The notes under the pieces are model-generated. The model did not search any database. It was given only the letters and a program-made list of their open reading frames with translations, and was not told where the DNA came from. A stretch of 63,698 nt of DNA, filler included, from Octopus bimaculoides (taxonomy: Eukaryota), in the NCBI RefSeq assembly GCF_001194135.2. It is 4 parts of 4 records of this genome, joined end to end, with 100 filler letters (N's around TTAATTAATTAA, not from the genome) between each part and the next. Parts side by side here need not be neighbours in the genome. Positions count along the whole stretch, not along the records: positions 1 to 22,771 come from NC_068981.1; 3 more parts are not named here. One strand, 5' to 3'. This document shows positions 11,158 through 22,700 of the stretch, one piece after another. The translations under genes were made by a program, and so were the position numbers. Position 1 is the first letter of the stretch, and each line of letters begins with the position of its first letter.

Positions 11158-12279
11158 TAGGTAGAAGCAGAGCCCCAGCATGTCAACACCCCTTGAGGGA
11201 ACGATTAAAAGAGTAATATTGGTGTGACTTTACATATATGTATGTGTGTAAGTACACGCAAACATATACACATATATGCATATATATATNNNNNNNNNNN
11301 NNNNNNNNNNNNNNNNNNNNNNNNNNNNNNNNNNNNNNNNNNNNNNNNNNNNNNNNNNNNNNNNNNNNNNNNNNNNNNNNNNNNNNNNNNNNNNNNNNNN
11401 NNNNNNNNNNNNNNNNNNNNNNNNNNNNNNNNNNNNNNNNNNNNNNNNNNNNNNNNNNNNNNNNNNNNNNNNNNNNNNNNNNNNNNNNNNNNNNNNNNNN
11501 NNNNNNNNNNNNNNNNNNNNNNNNNNNNNNNNNNNNNNNNNNNNNNNNNNNNNNNNNNNNNNNNNNNNNNNNNNNNNNNNNTATATATATTTACACACAC
11601 ACATAAATTTATAAACACACACATAAATTTATAAACACACACTCACACACGTGTGCATGCATGTATGTATGTATGTATGTATGTATGTATGTATTTATGT
11701 ATGTATGTACGTGTGTGTGCGTCTCTGTGTGTGGGAGGGGGTGTAAGTGTGTCTCTCAGTGTTTATATTTTGATTGCTAGTTTCTAGAGATGCGATTTGT
11801 ATCTTAAGACAGATTGAGAGAAGAAAGTTCGAAAAATCGATCGTTTTAATATAAAACAGGGAAATAGATATATTATAGATACGAACGAACGAACGCACGG
11901 AAGCAAAGGCAAAGCAAAGCAAGCAAGCAAGCAGGTATACAGACAGACAGACAGACAGACGGACAGGCATACTGACAGACATAAACAAACAGAAACATGC
12001 ATATGGGCAGGCAGGTAGACAGACATGCAGGTAGACAGAGGGGAAATATAAGTATGCTACTGTGTTTGTTTGTGAATTTACGTAGCATGAAAATGTTTCG
12101 CAAATTTCAACAAATACATTAATACAAATTATTACCGCTAAAATACGGAACATTCCGATTTTTTACGAATCATAACGAAAACGTAATAAGAGCAATTTAC
12201 CTTTGTATATAATTAGCTTCGCGTAATTTCACTCCGTTTTTCGGTTCCTCTTCTTGTATTGTTATCAGCGTTATCAGTA

Positions 12280-12500
12280 TTATTATTATTTTTATTATTA
12301 TTATTTTTATTATTATTATTATTATTTTTATTATTATTATTATTATTTTTATTATTATTATTTTTATTATTATTATTGTTGTTGTTGCTGTTGTTGTTGT
12401 CTTTTGGTGAGTATGTTGCTACTGTTCTTGTGATTTGTTGTTGTTGTTGTTGTTGTTGTTGTTGCTAGTTCTTGCTGTTGTAATAATTGTTGTTGTTTTT
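12280..12500. repeat. (TTA)n/(TTG)n microsatellite
   Basis: Directly visible. Confidence 0.95.
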
Positions 12501-12845
12501 TTTTTTGCCGTTGCGTATTTATTCAAGGTTTGGCTGGTTGAAAACGTTGGTTCCAAAACCAAAAGCTAATAATACTTGGGGGATATCGTCTCTCCGTCTT
12601 AGAACAGAAGAATGGTTATTTGGGTGGAGGGTCGGGGTGAGTTACGTGAGGAAGTGCATATTATCTAAATCTCATGACAGATGGGGGTTTTAAGCCAGTC
12701 AATATTCTCATATTACTGAACACACACCCCCGCAATCGACAGCCACTAAAATAGGTGATGTGAATGGAAATAAAAGAAAATACGGGGGCGGCGATTGTGT
12801 TCGGCGGGGGAGAGGTATTTTGTAGGGGAAGATGTTAGGGTGGGG

Positions 12846-12848
<3 letters not shown>

Positions 12849-12908
<60 letters not shown>

Positions 12909-12948
12909 AAAAGAAGGAAAGGAAAGAAAAAAGAAAGAATGAAAGACA

Positions 12949-12996
<48 letters not shown>

Positions 12997-13140
12997 AAAA
13001 GAAGTAAGGAAAGGAAAGAAGAAAAAAGAAAGAATGAAAGACAAAGAAAGAAAGAAAGAAAGAAAGAAAAAAGAAAGAAAGAAAGATAGACAAAGAAAGA
13101 AAGAAAGAAAGAAAGACAAAGAAAGAAAGAAAGAAAGACA

Positions 13141-13174
<34 letters not shown>

Positions 13175-13207
13175 AAGAAAGAAAGAAAGAAAGAAAGAAA
13201 GAATAAA

Positions 13208-13250
<43 letters not shown>

Positions 13251-13310
13251 TGGTGACGATGACGAGGATGATGAGTGTAATGACGACGACGATGATGACG
13301 ACGACGATTG
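12849..13310. repeat. (GAAA)n with a higher-order variant block, then (AGT)n and (GAT/GAC)n
   Basis: Directly visible; GGAAAG..AAAAAGAAAGAATGAAAGACAAAG occurs twice. Confidence 0.95.
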
Positions 13311-13554
13311 GTAGAGAAGAAAAAGAAGCTCTATATACTGATAGTAAATGACTGAGCGCTTTTATCAGTCTGAGGAAATGCTGAGTTCGCTCAATTCTTT
13401 TTCGAGACACAGCTTAAGGCAACACTGGCTAATTTTGATTGTTGCTTAGCTTCATTGCGGTTGGATCTGCTGACAACGAATTTAGTTTTCACTGTTGTTG
13501 TTGTTGTTTATCTTCAGGTCAGCTCTGATCGAACAAACCTGTAATGATTTCTAA

Positions 13555-13770
13555 CATCGATAGATACCAGGCTCGCAAATTTGGTAGGAAAGGTTGCTCA
13601 ATTAAGCCAGCTCCAATATTTGTTTGGTGTACTTTTATTTTAGTGATCCTCCAGAAAATGGAAACCAAAACTCACTTCGACAGGATTAGAACTCAGAACG
13701 TAAAGAATTGTAACTAAATAAGGCAAGCAATTTTTGCCAGATGCCCTAACGATTCAGATTGTTCAACGCC
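13555..13770 (-). mobile_element. SINE family B, highly diverged
   Basis: GAACTCAGAACGTAAAG and CTAACGATTC match the reverse complement of family B. Confidence 0.6.
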
Positions 13771-14385
13771 TGAGCAGCCTTTAATACATTTATCGTCGTC
13801 AGAATCCATGTATTTTTAAACATGTCAGTACTACGCCGTATGGTGAAGGGTTTACTTCGCTGATAAGGTTATATAAAACAAAAGCATGTGCAAAGTTATC
13901 TCTCGTACTTGATAAAATAATATTAGTCATTGGCCAATATAAATTTTTGCATCACATATATTTCTAATTAGCCTCTCCGTGCCCTCCTCAGATGGGTTGA
14001 CACTAGCTTAATTATAGTCACACTGCATTCTATTTATGTTTTAATATGCAGGGGTGTGATTTGAAAAAGATATGGTTGTCATTTCTAGAATGCCTATCGT
14101 TAGAGCTTCAGATAAAATGCCTGCAGTCCTTTAAAAATCTTCTATTCAAATCCTACCAGCTCAGCATTGCATGTCGTCGTTTCGGGAACGAAAAATAACA
14201 TGTTAACTGATAAAGGCATGGTTAATTTGCAGTGCGACTCGCACTTCCTCGTCCCCTACTAGCTCTCCCCTACCATAAATAACCCCGATTCTTCTACACC
14301 GCTCTTAACTTGAACAGCCACTTTAGGCACTGGCACCCTCCACACCCATCAAGATGAAGATCATTCGCTGGCTACAGATCTCCTA

Positions 14386-14773
14386 GTGGAGGCGCAATGG
14401 CCCAGTGGTTAGGGCAGCGGATTCGCAGTCATAGGATCGCGGTTTCGATTCCCAGACCGGGCGCTGTGAGTGTTTATTGAGCGAAAACACCTAAAGCTCC
14501 ACGAGGCTCCGGCAGGGGATGGTGGCGAACCCTGCTGTACTCTTTCACCACAGCTTTCTCTCACTCTTACTTCCTGTTTCTGTTGTGCCTGTAATTCAAA
14601 GGGTCAGCCTTGTCACACTGTGTCACGCTGAATATCCCTGAGAACTATGTTAAGAGTACACATGTCTGTGGAGTGCTCAGCCACTTGCACGTTAATTTCA
14701 CGAGCAGGCTGTTCCGTTGATCGGATCAACTGGAACCCTCGACGTCGCAAGCGACGGAGTGCCAACAACAATA
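14386..14773 (+). mobile_element. SINE family R (tRNA-Arg-like head), full length with a 12-bp TSD
   Basis: GTGGAGGCGCAATGGCCCAGTGGTTAGGGCAGCGG..GGTTTCGATTCC with a (CAA)n tail. ACAGATCTCCTA is present at both 14374-14385 and 14774-14785. Confidence 0.95.
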
Positions 14774-15954
14774 ACAGATCTCCTACCTGAACACGAGTTA
14801 AAGCCGACGACGATGGAAATTTACGATGCTTCATAGTCGATCATTATGACGCACAAAGTCACGAACATACCTATAACAATATATATAGATCTATTAATTC
14901 GAATAATTTCGTTTCTCTTTCTCTCTTACGTTTTCGATTAAAATATTTATAATTTACTAAATGTAATGCAGAGGTTCAAATACCAGTCCTAACCTCTCAC
15001 CCAAAAAAATTATTATTAATGACATTTTTACACACACCCCTATATCCGTCTCTTATTAATGTGAAAATAAAACAGAGTCTGCGCCCATACTATTCTTCTT
15101 TCTACGCTATGGTGTTGTGAAAGTTTAAATCTACCTTAAGTTTTTATTAAACCTGACGATTTTTTGGTTCACTTTTCAATCCTCAGAGCCTAACCTTATG
15201 ATAAGCATTTGTAACATAATACGTTATTTTTGCTTTAATATAAGTTTTGGTATAATATATGTTATATTTGCAGTGCATTCGTTTGTGTGTGTGAGTGTGT
15301 CTGTGTCTGTGTGTTCGTGTGTTTCTACACAACACGGGAATTTCATTGAATTATTCTTATAGCTGTGCAGCCCGATTATATAAGTTGTATATCATATCAC
15401 ATAAAGCCAGTTATTAAAAGGCGGTTGTACATACCTTCTATAAAGTGTCCAAGAAGTAAACTGAATTGTAATAGGAGACCTTGTAAGCGCTTTCAATATA
15501 TTCAATCCTGATGCGAATGTAGCACCATAGATCCTCCGAAAGAAATGTAGGAAAGCAGAATAAGAAGACTTGTGAGTGTTAACGAGATGGGTGTTCCCTT
15601 AAAACTCTAAAAGGGCGTTAATTCGTAAGTTAAGTCTTTTAGTTATTAAATATAATGGTATAATATGAAATTTTAACGTAATTTTTCTTCTTTGTAAAAA
15701 ACTACGGTTATGATAGAATATGAACAATATAAACTGGTTTTGGTATATTATTATGAAAACATGATTACTAATCTCAGGCTATCTTGCATATGACCACTGA
15801 TAAACTTTCGTAAATGCTTAATTTCCTCTGCACCAGAATGACCAGATAACAACGTACTTTATACAAAGCAATGATAAGCTTAATCAGTTAATGAAAATAG
15901 CTTTTCTGGCTTCTTTTAGTTACTAAATTTCAAATGAAATTCCCCAAATCAATT

Positions 15955-16090
15955 TTCAGCTGGTGAATTGGTAGAGTCGGATTGAAGGCCGTGCTGTATT
16001 TATTCCGATTCTCTTTACTCTGACTTCAAATCCCACCGAACTCACCTTTGCCTTTCATTCATTCGAGGTTGATAAAAAATAAAAACTACC
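15955..16090 (+). mobile_element. SINE family B, diverged fragment
   Basis: CTTCAAATCCCACCGAAC..CTTTGCCTTTCATTCATTCGAGGTTGATAAA. Confidence 0.65.
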
Positions 16091-16260
16091 ACTCCAAGAC
16101 AGTAGATGAATGAAACTCTAAGAATGTTGAACCAAATGCATGGAAGTAATTGTTCCGGCTCCTAGCTTTTTAATTCAAATCTCACCATTGCCTACTTGAG
16201 TGGTAGAGTTAATCCATCGCCCAATTAAAAAAAAACACTATTACCAGGTACCTCGGGTAC

Positions 16261-16396
16261 CTTGGATAATTTTAGCGGAGTCCACTCTGTTGCAAGCATT
16301 TGGACCTGGTCTCCGGTTTGAGAATAACTCCTTCTTTTTCGTCCTAACAGTCTCGAAGTCCCTGTAGAGTGTCATGGGCAGTGTTACATCTTCCGC
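16261..16396 (-). CDS. Candidate internal coding exon of an unknown gene
   Basis: Strong acceptor TTATTTTTTCTTTATCTTTTAG, a GC-elevated 136-bp island, an open frame AEDVTLPMTLYRDFETVRTKKKELFSNRRPGPNACNRVDSAKIIQ, and donor CAAG|GTACCC. No homology recognised. Confidence 0.4.
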
Positions 16397-16829
16397 CTAA
16401 AAGATAAAGAAAAAATAATCACTGACTGTACTTGATTCAAAGCTCAATCTTGGTAAATCAACAAGTAGGTGTGAAATATAGTTGTCCTTAAGTGTGGCGA
16501 CTGACAGGATTTCTGGAATGTGTGACTCTAAAGAAGGGCAAACCACATCGGATCACCCAGGTCGTATGTAGTCAGAGTAGTCTGTAGCTTAGTAGGCAGG
16601 GATGGCGCAAGTGGTCCATAGCTCAAAGTGGTTAGTTAGTTATACAGACCACAAATTTGTGATTTGTATGGTCAACCTAGATAGTCTATGTAAGCAGGGA
16701 CTCGGTTACTGTAAGCTGGGCATATCGTTCTCGATGTTCCCTGAAATACGCTTTTGATACAAAACCAATCAGATGGTGTCAGATCATGTGATGGAAATTA
16801 AACACTTTGTGATCTGGCACCATCTATTT

Positions 16830-18830
16830 GGCTTCATTACAGAGGCATTTCATTTCCATTTGTTTCGTAACTTCATTAAATCTTCAATGTGTGTTTCAAT
16901 GTCAGATATCTCATCACCCAATGTGGAATCTCAAACTTGAATGACTTCATTGCAAATATCTATTGGAGCCAACACTTATACAAAACAACCGACATAAATA
17001 CAGAAACAAAACTGTTTAGGTATTCTAATACTTTCTTCTTTCCCTTCTTTGTATTTGCTATAAATTTAAACTCTAAAAAGCTTTTGCGATACTAAGTGAA
17101 TGCCAATAAGGTGAGATACAAAAGGTTTTATACTTCCAAGTTTATCGGACCATCTGGTTTCTGGTATGCCGTGTAAGGAACAGCACGTGATTTTAAAGTA
17201 CTTCCTCTTTCTTAGGACAATAGCAAATTAGAAATCATTTCAATTATTCAAAAATTTGGTATGGCTTCTAATAAGCACTCACTTGCGTCGTTTCAACTCT
17301 TTTGAGAATATGTCAGCCACATGGAAGAAATGATTGCCATTGAACATTGTATTAGTTTCGTTTGAACGTCACTTGCTTTCTTCCACGTTGGCACCGTTTA
17401 CATATGCTTGCACCTTGCCGTCGCTTAGAGGAAACACATTCTTATCCAAAGTACAAATAGTTAACGCTTTTCCGTGATTATTGCTGCAATCTTTTCTTTT
17501 ACTTGTTTCAGTCATTTTGATTGTTGCCATGCTGGAGCACTGCCTTTAGTCGAGCAAATCGACCCCGGGACTTATTCTTTGTAAGCCGAGTACTTATTTG
17601 GCTGTGAAGCGATGGTGGGGTGACAAACACAGGCACACAAACATATATGTATATACGACGGGCTTCTTTCAGTTTCCATCTACCAAATCCACTCACAAAT
17701 CTTTGGTCGGCCCGAAGCTATAGTAGAAGACACTTGCCCAAGGTTCCACGTAGTGGGACTGAACCCGGAACCTTGTGGTTGGTAAGCAAGCTACTTACCA
17801 CACAGCCATTCCTGCGATTTCTTTTTTTTTTTTGTTATATCTCGGTAAGCATTAACAACCTAAATGTTGTCTGCTCAGCGTGAAAGGTATTTGAATTTGT
17901 ATCCACAATAATCGCGAGCTATTTTGAAGACCTTTTTTCCAATAAAATATGTTGCTTCACAGGCTTAGAACTTTTTGGGATATATTCATTCTTTGACTAA
18001 GAAGATAGGTAGTGAATTTGGAAATGATTACCCTTTTTCTGGTATTCTTTTACCCGTAGTACACGCTTTTTGTGAATAAGGTCTCGTATTAAGAGCAACT
18101 TTACCAGATAAGATGATTCCATTGTTGTGATTTCCAGTTCGATATGATGTTGATTTCCAGTTCGATATGATGATCCACTTAACGCGTTCCCATTTCAAAG
18201 CATTTCACTGCTTTGAATAAAGAGTTAACTCTTTTTCTCAGATGAAAGACATCTTTGAATCTCTCCCCAAGCTATAAGCCATTCTCTGTTGCTTTTGCTT
18301 TGTTCATGTTCTAAGACCCTAATACTTAGTTTTGTCACTTAACATTAGCCGTCTATTAGATTTTTTAAGTGGTGCTGTAGTAAGCTTTGAAGCTGAGTCA
18401 CTTGTGACGTACCAGAAAACTTGACATGGCAAGCTACTGCTTCTCTGTTTGGGTTTCTAACAAACTAATCTCCATCCTGTAATTCTCCGGTAATGCCCTG
18501 AAATTTCAAGACATTTTCCTGACAAAATCGACTGTTTATATCCTTATGAAATCATATCTAAATTTGTGGTTATATTTGTACAAGTATCTTTGTCAAGTTC
18601 ACGTTTGATTGCATCAGCTCTTTCTTTTAGAAAGTCACAAACTAATCTTTTTAACAATCTTTTCGAATTCTTCAGAACAGATAGACCTTGGGAGTCTTAG
18701 GCAGGAAGCCTGTTTGGTGCTGCTAGTCCTACCCATAACAGTGTCTGTTATACATTTTTCTGCCTCATCTCATTTTGTTTTCGTTTTTGCATTTTCCATT
18801 TCGTTTTGTTATCTTAATTTGTGAGGATGC
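16830..18830 (-). pseudogene. Decayed hAT (Tip100/ZMYM1-like) transposase
   Basis: Motifs appear in the correct order on the minus strand: IAWGEIQRCL; QIHYLSS*SKNEY; AIIVDTNSNTFHAEQTT (catalytic D); KVQAYVNGANV (GQGYDNGANM-like); SLHGIPETRWSDKLGSIKPFVSHL (TRW motif). Interrupted by SINE A. Confidence 0.8.
17491..17815 (-). mobile_element. SINE family A inserted in the hAT relic
   Basis: Reverse complement of the family A tail, body and head (..CTACTTACCACACAGCCATTCCTGCG). Confidence 0.92.
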
Positions 18831-19599
18831 ATTGTAAATGAGTTACTTTAAAAAATAATTTGCTAAATTTGGACCAGAAGATATAGTAAATATATGCTAT
18901 ATATCGAAATGGTGGATTTCTGGTTATATTGTCAATGATCAACGAGCAGAATTCAGAAATCTAAGTGAAAGTATTTCAACTCTAAATTTGGATTTACACA
19001 ATTATAATCTTAAGCAAAAACACATACAGTGGCTGAAAAATAATTACGCTAACTGGTTCGTTTCATTTGTTATCTTTATCCTACAAGACAGCTAGAGTTA
19101 TCAAATAGGGTAGGCTATGTTATAAGCCATTCAAACACTGGCCTATATGCCAATATCATCCTAGCTCTAGTTTATGAAATTATGACTACATTCATAAGCG
19201 TAACATTAACTCTTTAAAGTTAGGAATGCTATTTCCTCATCCTTTCGGGACCTGTTTCGATTTCATTCTAAAAACTTTCATCGATTGTAGATACAAGAAG
19301 AATTATCCTTTAAGAAACGATGTTTACACTCATTTGATTTGATTTTAAAAAATGCTTTGCACACAAGCACACTAGTTTTGTAAGACCCATATTAAGTTGA
19401 TTTATCAATTAATAATGAATATTTTGACATTTTAAAGACGTTAAGTAACCCATCTGGTAAAGCCAAGGCAATAACATTCATTATTAGATTCATAATTTTG
19501 TGTTCAGTGTAACCTTTCTTCACAGGTACACTCCCTTTACTTATTATCAGATCAATTTAGTGATCTACCGATTAAATACTACAGTAAGGCGCTGTTTAT

Positions 19600-20200
19600 A
19601 GTAGGAAAATCTAGGGAAAACTAAACAGCAGAAGGTCTTCAAATAATAATCCCCACTTCATTGAAAGGGAGATGGGGAAGCATCCAGTTGACCCATGGAC
19701 TCCCTTATACTGCCACCTTCTATGCTACTGACTGCATTGCAACTTTCCTAGGTGGACAAGGTGCCCCGGAATAAAGGTACCTTGGGCGTCGTAACCAGTT
19801 CTCTGAGATGCCAGTTAACTATATGGTAAATTTTGCATTTCAAAATTCCGTTCCATTTCTCCCTGAAACTGACAGCCGCTTCATGTGATCATGTGAAGAT
19901 TTACCGACAAACCCTCTCGTGCCTGCCCCAATAGCAAAGACGTTGGTTCGGAAAACCAGATTTTCTCAATCTGATAACTGAACTGCTATATTTTTCAGTC
20001 TTGTAGATGTTGGTTTGCTCTCAAACCACTCTTGTTGATATTTTGAGTGATTTTTCCATTCTGAAAGATCAGCTTTGCACTCACAGATATTGGGTATTAG
20101 CTGTCGTAGATGTTTGAAATTAGATTCGCTGAGTAACTATTGGCAACCATTAGCATTCTTTATATTTTGTAGAGTTTTCCTGATCAACTAGAATGGGCCA
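19600..20200 (-). pseudogene. Possible decayed LTR-element integrase fragment
   Basis: HEAAVSFREKWNGILKCKI at 19885-19829 resembles the integrase HPQAAGLIERWNGLLK motif; flanking matches are weak. Confidence 0.3.
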
Positions 20201-20748
20201 ACCATTTATAAAGTTTTTTGTCAAACTTAAATAGATTATTTTATTATTATATTTTAATGGCTTTGCGGCCTCCTTAGTCCAATGGGCACTGGCTAACTCT
20301 CCCTTTTATAGGCTCTTATAGAAAGCATGGGATAGTTGATTATCGTCATGTTAATCACATTTTGCCCCATTATCTCAAATATCTTCAACTTCAGACCATA
20401 CACAAAAGGTAATTCAGTAAATTTTTATGCAGTATTTTTTGTAGAGGACAGGAGAAGGTGGCAAGACATCGTGATGACCACAACATCGCACAGTGCGACA
20501 CCTGACTAGAGAGAGAGAGAGAGATTTTTGTAGTATAAAGTAGGTCTTGTTTTTCAACAGCCTAAACGCAAACTACTTCTGAAGTTCTTCGGCTTGCTAG
20601 AAATTGTAGTTAAATTATCTATTAAAACATAACCTAGTAATAAAAAACAAACGGAGGTCAAATTGGCTACAGTAATTTTAGATGCTTGAATTCTAGAAAT
20701 TAGTAGACGATTGCCATAGCTGAAATGCCTTCTCTTATAGGTCTAGAA

Positions 20749-20920
20749 CAGTGGTTCTTAATTGTTTCAAACTAAGGCCCATCCCCACTGAATGTTTTTA
20801 AAGCACAACATAATATTTATATAATTTAGCACAATGGTTGATTATCCATATTTTCTTGTAGTATCCCAAAACAGCTTGTGTTGATCTTTACATATTTGCA
20901 TGGACAAGTGTAGCGCCCCC
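20749..20920 (+). mobile_element. hAT-Charlie-like terminal fragment
   Basis: CAGTGGTTCTTAA TIR-like start immediately after GTCTAGAA, which fits the NTCTAGAN Charlie target consensus. No intact second TIR found. Confidence 0.5.
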
Positions 20921-21265
20921 TGAGTTAAAATTTTATAGAAATTACTAAAGAAGGCAAAGACTTATTTAACGAAATTATATTGTTTCCTGTGGTACCATCA
21001 ATCGTGTTTTTTGCTCTCTGATAACAGAGTGTCCGCTCAAATTCTGAAAGCAGTTTTTTCACTTTCCAATGATTCTGCCAGATCGCTGCCTTAGATAATA
21101 CACACGTCTTTTTGCACAATGAGTTTGAATATCAATTTTAACTTCATCCTTGCGGTTGTCGCTAAAATGGTTATTGTTTGACCAGGACGATCCTGAACAA
21201 AATGCCGCTAAGCATTTTGTCTGGCATGCTAACGATTTTGCTTGCTCATCACCTTACTGCATTAT

Positions 21266-21481
21266 ATTGATTTCAATTTTTGGCACATGTCCAGCAACTT
21301 CGTGGGAAGGAGATAAGTCGATGACATTGACACCGTGTTCAGCTAGTAATTATTTTACCGACTCCGAAAGGACGACAGGCAAAGTCGACAGCGGAATTTG
21401 AACTCAGAAAGTAAAGACGAACGAAATGTCACTAAGTATTTTGCCTGGTGTGCTAACGATTCTGCCAGCTCGCGGCTTTAA
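21266..21481 (-). mobile_element. SINE family B with a 10-bp TSD
   Basis: Full reverse-complement unit flanked by ACTGCATTAT at 21256-21265 and 21482-21491. Further minus-strand B heads lie at about 21070-21095 and 21190-21255. Confidence 0.85.
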
Positions 21482-21512
21482 ACTGCATTATTTAATATTG
21501 GTAACTAGAATA

Positions 21513-21660
21513 AAGGCAGCGAGATGGTAGAATTGATAGCACGCTGAGAAAAATGTTTAGCTAGCAGCATTTCGTCCGTTTTTACGTTCTGATGTCAAAT
21601 TCTGCCGAGACAGACTTTGCCTTTCATTCTTTAGGATTCGATAAAAATTAGTACCAAGTA
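21513..21660 (+). mobile_element. SINE family B, head-to-head with the preceding copy
   Basis: AAGGCAGCGAGATGGTAGAA head and ACTTTGCCTTTCATTCTTTAGGATTCGATAAA. Confidence 0.8.
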
Positions 21661-22079
21661 TATATTTAAGTCGTTATAAAATTTTGAGTATAGTAACATT
21701 GCTTTTGGAGAAATAACCGGTTTCGTATTTTCATTTCAAATTTCTCAAATTTCTCTACCTGTAGCGAATCATGTCTTCGAATCATGTGGAGTTCTAGATA
21801 GGGGAAGGTAATCAGGGATTTTTTCCGGTATAAAGGAGATAATCAAAAATGTTGGGGATGATTAGGTTTAATTAATTTAACATGATTTGGTTTGGAAGGA
21901 ATAGAATGTTACAAGTGGTTAGGTTTTGCTTTATATTTCTTTCAATGATGTGAGTTTCCTTATTGAAAAATGTTAGAAATGGTTAAGTTTTGGCTTATAT
22001 TTTTCAATGAAGAAGGTTTCTTTATTTAATCTAATTTGTCTACAAACACACACACTCGCACGCACACACACACACATAC

Positions 22080-22250
22080 ATACATACATGATAGGTTTCT
22101 TTCAGTTTTCGTCAACCATATCCACTCACAAGGCTTTACTCGGCCCAAAGCTATAGTGGAAGACACTTATCCAAGGTGCCAAGCAGTGACTGAACCCAGA
22201 GTCATGTGGTTGAGAAGCAAACTCTTTACCACATAGCCACGCTTGCACCT
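22080..22250 (-). mobile_element. SINE family A, 5' half
   Basis: CCACTCACAAGGCTTTACTCGGCCC..TTTACCACATAGCCACGCTTGCACCT. Confidence 0.85.
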
Positions 22251-22309
22251 AACGTTTATCGCAGAGTTATCTTTATGTTTATCTCATTTCCATCTTCTCA
22301 CTTTCAAAT

Positions 22310-22480
22310 GTTGGTACAAGACCAGCAATATTGGGGAAAGGGGTTAAGTCGATTACATTTATTTTATCGACATCAAAAGGACGAAAAGCATAATTTTTTT
22401 TCCTTTTTTTAACCGTCCTCGGTGGTTTTAGAATTCTGAACGTAACGACGGACGAAATGCCGATTAGCAGTTTTGAACGT
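22310..22480 (-). mobile_element. SINE family B fragment
   Basis: GGGGTTAAGTCGATTACAT..TTATCGAC..GAACGTAACGACGGACGAAATGCCG. Confidence 0.7.
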
Positions 22481-22519
22481 CACCTGTAATAATGAACCAA
22501 TCGTTGCACATATAGCCGC

Positions 22520-22700
22520 AGACATGGGTGTGGTTAAGAAGCACGTTTTGCAACCACCTGGTTTCGTGTTCAGTCTCACAGCGAAGCACCTTAGCAAGCA
22601 TCTTTTCCAATAGCCCCGGTCATCCGTTATCTTGTAAGTGAATTTGGTAGACGGAAATTGTGAAGAAGCCCGTGATTTGTGTGTCTGTTTATTGTCTTCA
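22520..22700 (+). mobile_element. SINE family A, 5' half
   Basis: GGTGTGGTTAAGAAG..GTGAATTTGGTAGACGGAAATTGTGAAGAAGCCCGT. Confidence 0.8.

Noticed and set aside
14386-14460. tRNA-Arg-like gene (also 28216 and other SINE heads)
   Set aside because: The heads continue into SINE bodies, lack a proper acceptor stem and terminator, and one has a TSD.
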